From NCBI GenBank assembly GCA_977030845.1, contig OZ365118.1, positions 2,480,001 through 2,544,000 of the forward strand: a stretch of DNA of 64,000 bases, read 5' to 3'. Both the position numbers and the translations under genes were made by a program. The notes under the pieces were generated by a model that saw only the letters and a program-made list of their open reading frames with translations, ran no database searches and was not told the DNA's origin. The DNA is from Fimbriosthenelais zetlandica (Eukaryota). Positions within the stretch are counted from its first letter, which is position 1. Each line of letters opens with the position of its first letter. Shown piece after piece: positions 37,701 to 51,694 of the stretch.

Positions 37701-40700
37701 AAACCACCATCTCCCTGAGACTACAACCCTGCCTGCCGACTCCCCAAAACATGCTCCCCTTCTCACAGATCAAACAAACATTCATCTTTCAGAGGGCTGT
37801 TTATTTAAACAAACCATCTTTTTCTGTGGGTAATGTTTTAAGACGGGACATTAGATATGCATGGGTCATTTATTTTACGATAACGCTCCATGACAGTTGA
37901 AAGACGGATATGAATGTATTGATATCAAGTGGATCCATTTGAAGTTTTTACACGGGTTTTTGTCGGGGTTAAACACGAAGAGGAGATGAGTGGTTTGGGA
38001 TTCTAATTCAAAACAAGAGGCACTTTTTGAGAAAGGAAGATAAGGTTTGATCACTTGAGAAAATAGAGGTGAAGTTTGGGAGAATGAGTCCCAGGTGTAA
38101 TATATACGTGAACATGTGTCTGTACACACAGGATCCCTCAAGCTGATCAAACACGGCATGTAAGGCATGTTATATACGGCCAGGATCTAATATCAATCAC
38201 AGCTCTCAACCTTCTATAGGATTATTATATTATTAAGTAAGATCATCTCACATATGAAGGCTTTAAATGTAAAGGTATGGTCCATTATAGAGAGATAATA
38301 GGTAAAATGATATGGTATTGTACAGAGAAGGCTGGCGAGTCAACATAATTCACAATACACATAAAGGGAGAGGGAGAGTGGAATTATGACTGGAATATTG
38401 CCTACACTGGCACATACCTCTGATCTCTTACACGCCACCTATGGGCTGAGATGGAAGCTTGTGTTTTTGTGGGCTAGCTGTGTGTGTTATTGTGAATCAA
38501 ATGAGACCATCAGTATTCTACTATGGGGGTGTAATGTATATAATTATCACTAAGATTGCAGGCGTGGCTTTTGTCTGACTTGACAGTGATAAAATACCAC
38601 CACGTGCCATAATACAAGCCTAATGTTCAGGTACATATACTCTGTGACAGTGTCAGGTCAGAGTGAGACACCATAGGCTTCACATAGTGGGTGAATGGGG
38701 CTCTACTATGAACACAAGTCGACACGGTATATAGCCTCAGGATTCCACTCTGATTGGACATCAAAAAGTCCAAATATCCATTTAAACAAATGGAAATTGA
38801 TAGTTTTAATTTTAACTAATCAAATCCGTTAAAAGTGTATTTCTTTTCCTCCAGGAATTTTCATTTTGATTTAATACAAATTGGAAATTTCCTTTTAATT
38901 TAAAAATATCAAATCCCATGGATCAGACCACTAGGTTTTACTTCAAGAATATTATGTCCTGGGGACAGGGCAGTGATGGCACCACTGAGTATGCGCGAGT
39001 TAATTAGGCTGTATTAATCAATATTGCTTATTCTACAGATTTTCTTCAAGGAGTTTGTAATGTTTTAGAGAGCAGGGAGTGAATGTGGAGGAGTTGTAAC
39101 CTCGCCATTCCCAGCCACGCCTGTGAGCGTGTGAAAGCTTATGCCATCATTAGCGCGTGACTTTGACAAACTTGAGGAAAGTCTCAATAATTAAAAGAAG
39201 TCGATCCTGGCTATTTGACCCGTCCACTCTCTATGCTGGACACGGGAGCTGGGCCTGGTCTTCAGAATAGGTAATGCTGTCCAGGCCGGGGCCTCAGGCT
39301 AAGCCTACTGAATTCACCCATCTGCATTACAAGTCCCAATCCCATAAACTTTCCCCACTCTCTTCCTCATGAGATTTCCCAAAGCTGTTTATATTCACCA
39401 AACATGACATTTTATTTATTGATATCTCATTTTAATGTTGAGATTTTATCTGGCAGCTGAGTTGAGGGATTAGTGAGTTATATGGGTGTATTTGGCAGTA
39501 TCTGTAGGTGGCAGGAAGGACTAATTTAAAACAGCAGCCTCCACCCTTCAGCCTTCCACACTGGATTTTATCCTTGCTTTAATGTGACCCTCACAAGCCC
39601 TTGTTAAGATGTGTTGACGCCATCTTGTTTGCCATAATGTGGCCCTTGGGGGCGCTTCAGGATGGTTCTGGCAGAGGCAGCAGGAGACTGCCCCCAAAAA
39701 CTTGCAACTATTGTTGTCTCTTAGATATCTCATCTATAGTATGGAGAAGGCAGACAATACCCGGGCCTAGAGCTGCTCGTTGAGCATGGGAGCAGATAGG
39801 AGATATATTACCCACTGACATAAAGCTACACGCATGGCTGTTAAAAGATAGAAAGCCTTGTAAACTCTGGGGAAGAATTAGAAATAAACAGCATAATAGC
39901 AGTGGGCTGTATGTGGCACTGGGGCTTTAGTTTCTTGAGCTGTTTACACCCTTGGTTGTGTGTCCCCATAGACTTAACGTTAGAACAAGAATACCAACTC
40001 AGTCTCCGCCTTTTTCTATACAACGAAAGGCAAATATTACCTACACTATATGGTACCTGTAACTGAGAAGTAAATTCTATATTCCTGGCAAAGTATACCA
40101 AGGCTAACTGAATACTGAAAGTCCAACTTCATTAGGAAATTCCAATTAGAATTATCTACATTATAAATGGTCAATTTGAGTTATCACCAGCCATCAGGTA
40201 GGCTCCATATTGGTTTGCCAATAGCCTGGAGTGGTCAGTGGGGGGTGAGGGGAGTGTAGGGTTAGAGATAACCGTGTGGTGGAGGTGAGATATGGCCAGG
40301 TGAGAGAGGGTGGTGGACAGTGATATAGGGCGATATGGAGGCCTGGTAGAGAGCAGTTCCTGAGTCCAAATCAATACAGGATGATTCATACCCCCTGCTC
40401 CATCCCCCTCTACCCCCAACCCCCTCCCACTCATCCCCCACCCCCCGCCCACTCAACCCTCAATCCACAACCAAAGGAAGCAGCCCAACAAGTCCCTCCC
40501 TCCTGGCGATGACCAAAACATCAAGGAACAACAATCTGAATCCAATCTTCAACTGAAAATGAATTTCTTGTGTTTGAAAACAGCCCCAGCCCACGTCTCA
40601 AAGGCCGACCTCCTGGCCATACTTGTTCACATTATCTATGCTTGAAGGATGAGGCTGCCTGGGGTCGGCTCAAACTTTCCTGATCCTTCCCCGATACCAG

Positions 40701-43700
40701 TCAAACATATCCACATCTGAATTTCACTTGTCTTGAAGAGAAACGAGACCTCTTGATGGCACCTAACGATTAGACTATCTCAGCTGGACAGCTATCTATC
40801 CACCTGTCCTTAAAGGTCTGAAGACTTCTAGAATATCAATACCAAAGAGGAACATCCGGGCATTTTCTCTGCCCCGCTGCCTCGTTTCCTTTTCCTCAAT
40901 GCATGACAAATGGCCAGTGGATGCAGTTATCATTTAATAGACATCTTACAGACCTGTTTCCTAGCAACGCCTTGTTTCCGGTTTATGACGTGTAGCTAGG
41001 GCCTGGTAGTAATGAATACTGGGGAATCAATCCAACATGGCCGCCTGGCTAATGTCACAGCCATGATCCAAAATTCAGCTGAGTCACTGAAGGGCGGGTG
41101 ATAATAGGGGTTGGATAGTACTACAGATGCCTTTAGAATGGGAGAAGGGCTGTGTATGAATCAGGGGGCCTCCATAAAGGTAGCCTAGGGGGTGGGTTAA
41201 AGGTACTACAGTGGGTTAAAGGTACAGGAGGTGGGTCAAAGGTACAGGGGGGAGGATAGATAGAAAATCAGGAGTCTGCTGAGTAGGTCTACTGAACAAT
41301 AGCCCTTTCCTTTTCTATGATTCCCATTGATAAGGACTGCTTCAGTCAAGGACAGAGATACAAGGACATCTTCATTCTAGGTAAATTTCTTTCAAGGCCC
41401 AAGTATTGGCGGAGATAGTGAGGTAGACCTAATACAATCTGAGCAGCTAGTATAGAAGGTCGATGATCTGAGATAAATTTCAGATTGCATGGTTCAGGGA
41501 TATCCTTTAATACGTCTGGACGCCCACCCTTGACAACCATTTGTGAATACAGTTGGATGGTGTAACCAGACATGTTCTATATTTATACCTGGTAGTCCGG
41601 CAGTGTGTGATTCAGACAGGTGGTGTTAGCATGTCCCTCTAGCGGATATCGACTGAAGCATTCCTTGATGCATCTCTCAGCATGCCATGGCAGGTATTCA
41701 GACATCATAAAATGTCCCCTTACCTAAAAATACATACCACCATCCTGGCATGGCAGCCCAGCTCTCTGTCTACAGATATTCACCGCTAATGTCGTCCTAT
41801 TCAACATTTTGCATGAAAGGCAAGCAAGAACATAAACTTGTGCATGTTATAGGCAATAAAGGACCTGAAAAATCAGTTGAAAAATGAACTGTGCCATATA
41901 TAAAGCGGGGTAAAGAGAAATCTGAATTTTAAGATCACAACCATCTGTGGCAAGATCAGCTATATAAAAGGTGGAGCTGGAAATCTAACTTTCAAGCCTG
42001 AAGCCAGACATGCGAACACGTAGTTAGGCATTGCGTGACCTGGGAGTAAGATAAATTGCATTTATATACCAGATCTTAGTGGTGCACCATTAACCCAGTC
42101 AGACCGTGGGTGTGGGTTTGTTTTAGGTCTAGTATTGGCTAGCCTACATCTCAGCCACTCATTTAATTAATCAAAAACTCTTGACCAATACAAGAAATAT
42201 TGAGATAAATGTCCACAGAGATGAGATCTAATCGCGAACATTATCAGAGAAGCCAGCGCCCGTACCCCCAGGGTGGATGTCAATCATCAACCAATCACAA
42301 GTTATCAAGGCGTCACGTGGGCACGATGCCGGGCTGTGATTGGCTGTCTAGACACAAGGCCAACGGGTGTGTCCCCCTGGTGGGACCTGACGGGATTAAC
42401 CCTCCATTAAAGGTCAGGGTTAGAGGTCACGTGGGTTGGGGATGACGTGGTTGAGGGAAGCCACCAGTAGGATTGTGGCTTTAATCCTGGCTGTGTAGAA
42501 CTATTGTTTAGATTCCACGCATGCGTGACACGACGATTGAACAAGCATGACAAGTAGTGGAGCAGGTGGCCGCTGTGAGGGGAAGAATATCTTCATTAAC
42601 GTTAGAGATTAATTATAAATAACAAATAATTAAACCCCAGTCATGGCCACGATGCAAAACCCCAGGGAAAGAATCCCTAATTGGGTATTTATGACAGAAT
42701 AAAATCTACAGTGTAGACTCATCAAATGCAGCAGCCAGCAGCATACAGATAAGACAATATCCATAATTCACGTAGAAAAAGTGTTTAAAAAACATGGATC
42801 CGTGTTTAAGTGCATGAAGTAATTCAAGGTTAAAGTAAAAAGCGGATCAAGAGCTTCTCACAAGCAGTGTTTTAGAGTCATGCGAGTACATGACCTTAAG
42901 TCAAACTCACAAAGCTTCTCCCCAAAGAGAACAATAGGATATAAAGGCTGAAAGCCTGAGCCCCTCCCTCCCTCACAGCCTCTCTCAGCCTCCCCCAGCC
43001 ACCTCCCAACTCACACCAACTCAGACGAGCAGCTCCCATCAAGGGTAGTTCAGCTGTCAGGATAAAAAAACACAAGGGAAGAGGAGCCCGGAAGTGTGTA
43101 GCCAGGGTCGAGCTGCTCGGTTCATACTACAGGTACAATAGGTCACCATGGTGAGCAGATTAACGTCATAAAGGCCAGGCTTCACTCCTTATAAGGCATG
43201 TTAATGCCATACCGTAGCCTATAAGTAATTGCTCAGTTGAGAATATGTAACATAAGTTTTTTTATGTTTAAGTGAAGCATTTAGAACCTGAGTGGCTCAT
43301 ATGGAAGCAGAATGCCTGGCTCAGTTACATTCCAATTATAAGGTGATGTGTTTATGGTGGGCCTGGCGGGAAGATGGCCCTCAGAATGAGAGAAGGGCCA
43401 TGTTTGGTACGACCTTCACGCCTTATTCGGGTTTCTAACGCAGCTTTAATAGGGTTCTGTGCACCAAGGAGTTGGTAGAGTCAGGTCCTCACTGGTCATC
43501 AAAAACTGACACACCTCCATGGTCATCTCATACATTCTTAAACCAGTCAAGTTCCCTCCCACCATCCTCTAACCCCCACCAACACTGCCTCCCACCTCCC
43601 ACCATATCCCCAGACACCCACACCCACCACACCTCCACACACACCCGCCCATCATGGCTCTACCCACACCTACACATGTGCACCTGATGTGTGCGTCTGC

Positions 43701-44417
43701 GCATTTTCTTGGACGTGACCTGGATCCATTCCAACCAGGGTACGTTTCATAAAAAACTGCGCACAATATTTCCAATGCCTATAGATGCAATAGGCCTCTA
43801 CTCTCAAAGCCCTTAATGGGTGTTCAAATCACACCATGAAAGTAGTGCTAATGGTGCGGATGTTTTATGAAACACGCCCCCGTTTCTCATCATTGAAGGT
43901 CAGTGACTGGAGGATGAGACGGCTGACCACTTGGCCTGACTACTGACCATTAAGTATAGAGGGGGACGGGGATGAGACCATCCATCTCTGGTCAGCTAAT
44001 TATTTCCTACCAATCATACATTCATGTATGCTTTACTGATGGTACCAGGCTTTCTCATGGTCAGAGATGGACACCATGCTAGATAATATCTCAAAATACA
44101 TTCATATGATTTTGAGTTGGTAATGCTTTTGTCATTCCTAGAATTCCCAAAAGCTACAATCCTGCATTTCATGGGTACATGTATAGGCGGTTCTTGGTCA
44201 ACCAAGCCATCCTATTGACGAAGACAATGGTTTGGTTCCTTTAGAATCAATGCTGATCGGATGCAGGCAGCTTTCAGATCTACATTCCTCTTAAAAGTGG
44301 GTTAAAGTAGGTCTCAGTGTCCTATAAAGACAATCAATATAGGTCGTCACTGTAGACAAGGCCAGGAGTGGGTGGGTTAATGGTGAGGCTAAACCTCAAC
44401 ACCAGCAGATAATCCCA

Positions 44418-44469
44418 GGATCATCCCCACCTCCGACTAACCCAGGCTGGGATGATCCCCACCTCCGAC
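44418..44469. repeat. 32-bp period duplication
   Basis: ggatSatccccacctccgac at 44418 and 44450. Confidence 0.8.
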
Positions 44470-47400
44470 CAGGCTATATAGAGGGTCTGACCATGGTGGT
44501 ATATCCACCCACTCCCCGCTATAGGAGACCATGCAGGGAGCGGTAGATGAGTGATTGGGTTATTGGCCGGGGTGGTGGGGATGGACCTTACTTCATCCAT
44601 CCAGCCATAATGATTATTACACACCCATAAACATGTTCCTTGTTCCATGATGTTGCCAGCAGGCCGCCCGATCAAACACCCGCCTTCCTGCCTCACCAGG
44701 CACTGCACCATTAACCGCCAATAGATGTCTCTTAACGGGATTTATTTCTAACTCTCAGCCAAGATATTGATCGTTCATTTTTTCAGCCATGCATGGATTA
44801 ATTCCCAAACTATACTTCATGTCTCCTTCTCTTCAAAACAGCTCTGGGTAAGGGGTTCTTTGATGTGCTGCACTGAAAACAAGCTGGCAGAGAATGTGGC
44901 ATTTGTCATTAGCTCAAAGACATACGATACTGACGGGAAAGGGCTGACTAATTTATCTCCATGACCCATGGACGGGTAATATAAGGGTGTTCACATCACT
45001 TCATTAATTGAAATTAAATTGGTATTGACGTGTAGGGGTAAGGCAGACGGGGAGGCGGCCATCTTGTCTGTCTGGGACTGGGTCACTGGGTCAGACCGTA
45101 AAATCTCTAAATAACCATGCCATAAAACCCACAATATTTGGTGATCTATGGTAAGCCTTGCCCATGTTAATTACGATTAGAATCTATCATGTACTTTGTT
45201 TTCATTAGCTTGTGGTAGCTCTAAGCTAACTAATAAGGCTTTATATTCATCATGTCCATAAAAAAGGATCTATTTTTATGTTCTCCGGCGCCAAGTGCCC
45301 GGATGCTTTCTCTCTCTGTGCTTCTTACTACCGGATGTTTGCTTGTCTGGGGCTAACGCGCATGCGTTATCTGCGCGCGCACCTGGCCGTCGCCTCGGGG
45401 TGGGGAGAGGATTAGAGAGATGAAAGGGTGAGAGGTCGTGAAGCAGGGGTCTTCAGACGACAGATGAAGAGAGATTAATGTAGAAAACACCAAATGAGAA
45501 CTGGGATCCCTTCACGGCCACCGATCACTCCACAAGTTAGAACTAATACGGGATGGTTGAGTAGGACCGGGAAATGATGGAAGTCCACCCCTGGTTTCAT
45601 ACGTATTTATCATGAGGGAATCACGGGGAGTATTGTAATAAAGCTTGACCTATATGGGCGGGAGGCCGGCGAGCTGGACTCAGCCAAATACAGCTGCTCT
45701 CATATGCTCATTGGGAGGTCATTTCAAGGTCAAGTCATCCTGGCCACTACTGACCACTGAGTGCGAGAGTAATACACATGGAAATGAAAGCATTGAGAAT
45801 GCATGAATCTACATGTGACCAAGTACACATTATAGATTCCAGCTGAGATTTACTGTTTTTTAACACTTACAGGCTAACAACTTCTCTGTTCTCTTTCAAT
45901 AGTCTGCACTTGGCTAGAGATTTTATAGCGGGTCAGTTAATAAATAATGACCGGTCTAGGGCTATGGGCTCGTACCGGCTTATCCCTGAGGCTCGGGGTC
46001 GCAGGCCGTAAAATCCCGCTTTTAAACTGATTGTTAGCCTGGAGCTAACCCCCTATTCTCAAGGCCTATACTACTCACACAAAACGAGATCCTGATAGTA
46101 AGTGTTGAGCCAGATTGTAGTTAAATTTCACATCAATTATTGAGTAAAACTGCTTTATCTGTGTGTAAGACAGGACATGTGGAGAATGGACTATAAGCCG
46201 TCAGGAAACCACCTGAATGGAAACGTATCAGATGCTTACAATGTGAGAGGCTGGGATCACTGATGGAAGGTAGTAAAGTATTTATGTGCCTTTCATTCTG
46301 ACCTATGGAGCAATAGAACTGCTCAGATCTGTCTCTGAGTATCCGGAGCAGCTCTCAATGTGGCTTTATGTAGGGATGGGGTAGCCTGAGTTAAAGCCTC
46401 ATTTTTGGTTAGTACTACTACTTACAGACGGATCATAGTACCAGGGGCTAAGATGGGTCGCATTGCATCTGACCTGAAGTTCATATGTTACAGCATCACC
46501 CATATTCATCTCAAATTCATCAGACATTTAACTGTCATTTCAATGAAAACATATGAGATATCTCTGAGATATAATGTATAAAAGTAAGCCTATAATATTA
46601 CTGATTAGAGATGAGTCCAAAGGTGGAATTGGATTAAGCTATATTATGGCTGATACTGGCCATGAATTATGAGGAGGGACCGTCCTGACTTTCCAGACTA
46701 GATTATTGATCCATGAACTCATCACGGTATAATTTCTGAGACGGTCACTCAGACTTTTTTTACTATTAAAATAACGATAGTCCAGGCACAGAGACTGGAG
46801 TGTGACTCAACTGTCTCCACTATGTCTCTTCATCTTCAGTTCACACATACTGCAACGTCAGATGTTTAGTGCACAGATATTGATGACGTCACGGCGTGTA
46901 TAGCCTCTCTCTGAGTGTGAGTAATGGTGGGTATAATTGTAATATAACCCGTGTAGGATAAACGGCCTTGTATAAGAGACAGACGGAGCAGCCAATCACC
47001 GTGCCTGATATCTCCAGATGCTCCTGATTTTTACTCTACTATCTTCCCCGCTCTGATCTATCAGGCAGATCTTTGGGGAGCTCCAGCACCCTGGGTCTTT
47101 TTACGGTCATATTTTATTTTTTTATCATTTTCCAGCTATGTAGCGCCTCGCTCGGAAGCTTTGAGCACTAACAATGTCAAAACATGTAGACAGATAGGCA
47201 GATATACCCCAGAGTCCCCCTGTCAACTCTAAGCCCATCTAAAGCCTGCCAGTTCAGTTCACAATCACCCCCAAGTGTGGCGCTGCCATACCATGCTTAT
47301 CATGACGTCATATCCGTCGTGTCAGACCAGGGATGCGCGGGTGACGCTCCCATGGTGAGCGGAAGTAGGCAAGTTGGCAATGAGATACGAGGTTTAGGGC

Positions 47401-48738
47401 ACCGACGGGAGGGGGCGCGCTGGTGTATAAACTATAAGGGATAACAAACCTAATTCAGGGGGAGATAGAAGTGGGAATCAAGGGAGGAAGGGATGAGGGA
47501 AAGGGGATGAAGAGAAGCAGAAAGGGAGAAGTTATTGTCTTAGATTAGAACAGATCTGAGTTGGTGAATGATGGCCAGGTCAAGAGCCATCAAAGCTCGC
47601 TGTGTACAAGATGGCGGATGACCCAAGGTCAACATGTTGGCAAGGTCAAACCTCCAACACAACCAGCAACGAGATGACTCCATTATCATCCTACATAAGA
47701 TGACTCCATTCCCATCCCACATAAGAGTTTATTATACAGAAGCATGAGCTCCATAGCGAGCTACTACTGAGTCTAAAACGACTGGAAACATGCTCACTGA
47801 GTACGAGGTAATGGGGGATCTCTCTCTATCGTTGAGACAACTCCGACCATTGGATATAATCTGTATATTGACTCATCATGTAGAATTACCAGCATCATGG
47901 ACACGTACTGATGCATTAAATATTTTGTGCTATAGAAAACGGCCAACAATTGAGCCATTGTTAACGAAAAGGTGCAGCTTTATCTAATGATTTATTCCTA
48001 AATAAATAGAAATAAATCCAAGCCACAAGCCCGGGCAGTGGGAGTGTATTTGCTTAATGGAAACGCATCAGAATGGGTTTACAATAATTTGCATTTATGA
48101 TTGAGTTTGATGGATGACCTCCGCCTAGCCTTGTCATATATTCAGCCCAGTCCCCCCCCCCCCCTCTTACCCCCTCCCCCACCCCACCCCCCATATCCTG
48201 ACTGCCTTAATGGTCCACAAACAAATTGTCAATTATCGCCAGCCCCGCCCGCCTCCAATTCTGACACATGTACAAATCAAAGATGTCTTTTTGCCCTTTC
48301 TTTCCGTGTAATTATCTCAAGTCGGATAAAGAGGAATTGGAGACTTTTGATTATTCACAAAGGTCTGTGAGACTGAGAGAAGTGAAATGATTGCGTGTTT
48401 AACAGTAAAGTTCTGCCTTATTGACTACAATGTGCCAGCAGCGCAGTACATCAACTCTCAGACATCTGACAACAGAATTTATTGGACGTGCCCGAAAATG
48501 ACTGTCAAATTTGGTATTGTACAATCCTGTCACTACATTATTTACAGTCCCATAACGAATCACATAATGGGTGATAGACACTGAACAGCAGGTGTTTAAT
48601 GCTCTACTGACAGTCGACTTTACTATTGTTCTTATAAATGGACTCAGTCTAGACACCCATGTGGTGTATTTCTCCATCTCTCTGTGCCAGACTCTGGCGT
48701 TCTATCAATTATTTCATCAAGGCGAACTGTAAAAATCA

Positions 48739-48800
48739 ACCGGAAGTGAGTTAACCGGAAGTGAACACCTGCCTGGAGCGCCACCTTCCGGCGTCAGGCG
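48739..48800. promoter_or_regulatory. Intronic double ETS/GABP-type site with adjacent CTCF-like site
   Basis: ACCGGAAGT at 48739 and 48754, and gcgccaccttccgg near 48778-48791. Confidence 0.4.
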
Positions 48801-50716
48801 TTAACAGCCTGATGGGGAAGGAGAAGATCAGAGAGAGGGTGAGGCTGGAAGAGGGAGAGGCTGAGAGAGGGTGGATAGAGGGTAATGGATGTCGCCTATT
48901 GTTGTATAATTAAAATAGAATCAGAGAGGGGAGGATTAGGACATGAAAAGAGAGCAACTCACACAGTGGATGTGTGGGTTACAGGGCCGTGTGTGTAGGA
49001 CCTGTGTACATGTGATGGGGTGGGTGGGTGGGTGGGAAGCGGGTCGACCATGATGCTAGCAATCATCTCTTCAAGAGACAATCAAGCTTCTAAAGTGAAG
49101 AACAAGGGAATATTTACAAAGAAGCAATACATGTCAAATATGTGCCAATTTGAGTTAGCTTCATAGAATGGCAGCTTCCAGAAACATTTGGGTTTGTATT
49201 AGCATTGTTAAGTTGGAAACAATGAATACAGAGCCAAATGCATCTATAGTGTATGTACTTGGCCGGAATATTAGGCTGGAGCCAAACGCCAGCTTTTCTT
49301 GCTCCAGGGGCAGTTTTTATGTTGGGAGCGGGAGCGACTAATTTGAGACTCGGGCAGAGTGTGTCTGGGTGTAATGTGTTAAGTCCTCTTTCTTCATAAG
49401 GTGTTTGAGCCCCTCTCTGTGTCTCTGTGTGCCTGGGTCAACTAGTGCACCGCCGCCATATTGATCCACGACAAGACTATGCATATTAATGAGTTTACAT
49501 TTAACACCAGGCCCCCTACTGCGCATGCGTGCCTTACCAGACATCATGTCAACTTATTGATACACATCGCAGATCATTTTTACCTCTCATGTCAAAATAT
49601 CACCCGCCATTAGACAATCGATTAACTTAGCCAAGCGGGACTCCCCCTACCTACACATGCCCGAGGCGAAATATTCGCCCCTCATAAATTTCTCCGACCT
49701 TGGGGAATGTTCGCGGTTAAGAGTTAGCACGAATCGGCTGCCAATTTTGATTGGACTAACAGGGCCTTTCATACCTGCAGCAGTATCAGGCCTAATAGAG
49801 TAAAGAGGGTGGACATGCGCTGAAACGGGCGCGCAGGGCATTCTGGGTGATCTATTTTACATTGGTAGTGGTCATGTGACTATTTGATATGATAAATGAC
49901 GGTGAGACACAATGCGGATAGAATCAATCCATGAGGGAACAATGGCGGACCGGGAAATGTTAAACCTACTCCAGGATCGTCCTTCTGGGCTGACTAAATG
50001 ATGCACTTATTGGATCCAGTCTGTTTCTGCGGTTTGAATGGAAGGGACGGAATTGACGGATGAAGTTGTAATGTTGTTATGATATTACAGGAGAAACTTG
50101 AGTATTACCATCCCCCTCTACAAGCCATATATACAAGGCCATCAGGGTATACACACTCAAAATATAGGTTAATGGTTTAAACTTGATAAGACAACCAAAC
50201 TGATGAAAATTATCATAAAGTTCCAGACTCTGCGCTTATCAGTGAATAACATAGTTGCCAGAACTAATTAAAAGATATAATTATCTTTATGATATAATTA
50301 TCTGTATGTTTGAGTGCTTCTCTTCAGTAAAGCGTATCTCATCAATTTATCAACAACATTATCCTCATCCCCAGCCCGGGATGAGCAGAGATGCTTATCG
50401 TTCAGGTCTAGGAGGAGGATCTAAGATTAGCAGATTCCATCCAGGAGATGTAGCAGTAAACTAGGATGGGATTATACCGCATTATATACACGGGATATAA
50501 TCTTATCAGCTATAGACATGCAGCGCGAGGAGTTTCTGGTGGCTGATTCTGAAACTACTCAAATACATTTTAATTTTGGCGATCTTGCAATGAGCAAAAG
50601 CTTCTGAAATCTAATGATACAGAACACAATAAGCAAGGGCAATCAACTTATACTACGGTAATAAACTTATAGTACATATCTTAACCTATGTCAGTCGAAT
50701 CTAGCCTAAAACCCAC

Positions 50717-51694
50717 CTAGATCAGCGCTGGAGAGGAGACAGAGCATGGTCTGCTCCTGGACTGCGCCGTTATTAGCGATGGAGGCGTACTTGAAGCAGT
50801 AGCCGGGGACGTTCTCATCAAACTTGTCGCAGGTAAAGGTGACGAATGTGCTGTCCTTCTCGACGCGCTGCTCCCCCACATAATAGAGATTAGTGGGCGA
50901 GGCGGCGCTAGACTGGGCGATCTGTAACTGTTTATACATACGGATCTTATCTCTCACTCCCGCACACTCTGGTTGAGTGTAGTAAACCTGGAGGAAGCGA
51001 CCACAGGGGAAGATACTCTCAACAGACGCGCTGAGAGTGTATCTGTTACTCCATACCACCTCCATCAGATTACTGGCCGCCATAGGTCGATCAGGCGCCG
51101 AGTTAGACGAGGAGAAAGTGACCTGGTAAAGTCCAGCCTGGTCAAAATGATCACACGGGAATGACAACACCACGTCCTGCATACGCGTGAAGTCTCGTAG
51201 CTCCTGTCGGTGGACCACCGTCGGTTGAATGGTGGGGTCATCAAGCCTTGCACGCGTGTCGTTTTTCCCGTAATATAAAACATCAAGCCAGAAACGACTT
51301 CTTGAATGTGCCGCGTCACAAAGCTTCGAGGCGATGGCGAATTGTAGACTGACCTCTCTGGTGAGAGCGATATGAGTGACCGGAAGCTTGAGTTGGACTA
51401 GAGGCCAGGAGACATGCATGATGGGAGTCTCTATTAACGTAGGTCCTCCATAATGCTCGATGAGACGGAACCGGAAATCACCAGCATAGTCGATGACGCT
51501 GCAGAGGAAGGTGAGCTCACCTTCCAGGTAACCCTGGGGGATGCCCACCGCGTTAATGACCGAGTTACCGGGGACTGACAGCAGCTGGACCATACTGTTA
51601 GAGAAGGAGGAGTTTCCCATAGAGTAAGACACATGGATGTCGCTTGTGAAAACCGTATAGTTCCGTGGAGCGATCAACCGGTAGCCTTCAGCTT
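50717..51694 (-). CDS. THSD1: THSD1-like receptor: large N-terminal ectodomain exon (978 nt, phase 1-1)
   Basis: Polypyrimidine acceptor ttttctgtcttttcag|AA at 51695 and donor CTA G|gtggg at 50716 bound a 325-codon open frame (EAEGYRLIAPRNYTVFTSDIHV...CDKFDENVPGYCFKY...CL). Cys/Trp spacing (FxC..AGDF, VSWP, FPC..F..AG.Y, FxC..FD....YCF) resembles the single large ectodomain exon of vertebrate THSD1, recalled from memory rather than searched. The symbol means family-level similarity; orthology is not proven. Confidence 0.88.

Larger units (their letters stand above)
14215..50716 (-). other. 36,502-nt phase-1 intron of the THSD1-like gene
   Basis: GT at 50716 and AG at 14215 are phase-compatible, and I recognised no intervening coding exon. 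THSD1 ectodomain followed directly by TSP1 is the expected domain order. Small hidden exons cannot be excluded. Confidence 0.72.

Noticed and set aside
40701-40711. GATATGTTTGA (minus strand), resembling miR-190
   Set aside because: The 3' half does not match and there is no hairpin.
41715-41740. Possible recursive splice site (ttttag|gtaagg) in the giant intron; similar site near 22462
   Set aside because: The polypyrimidine tracts are too short to distinguish from background without nascent RNA data.
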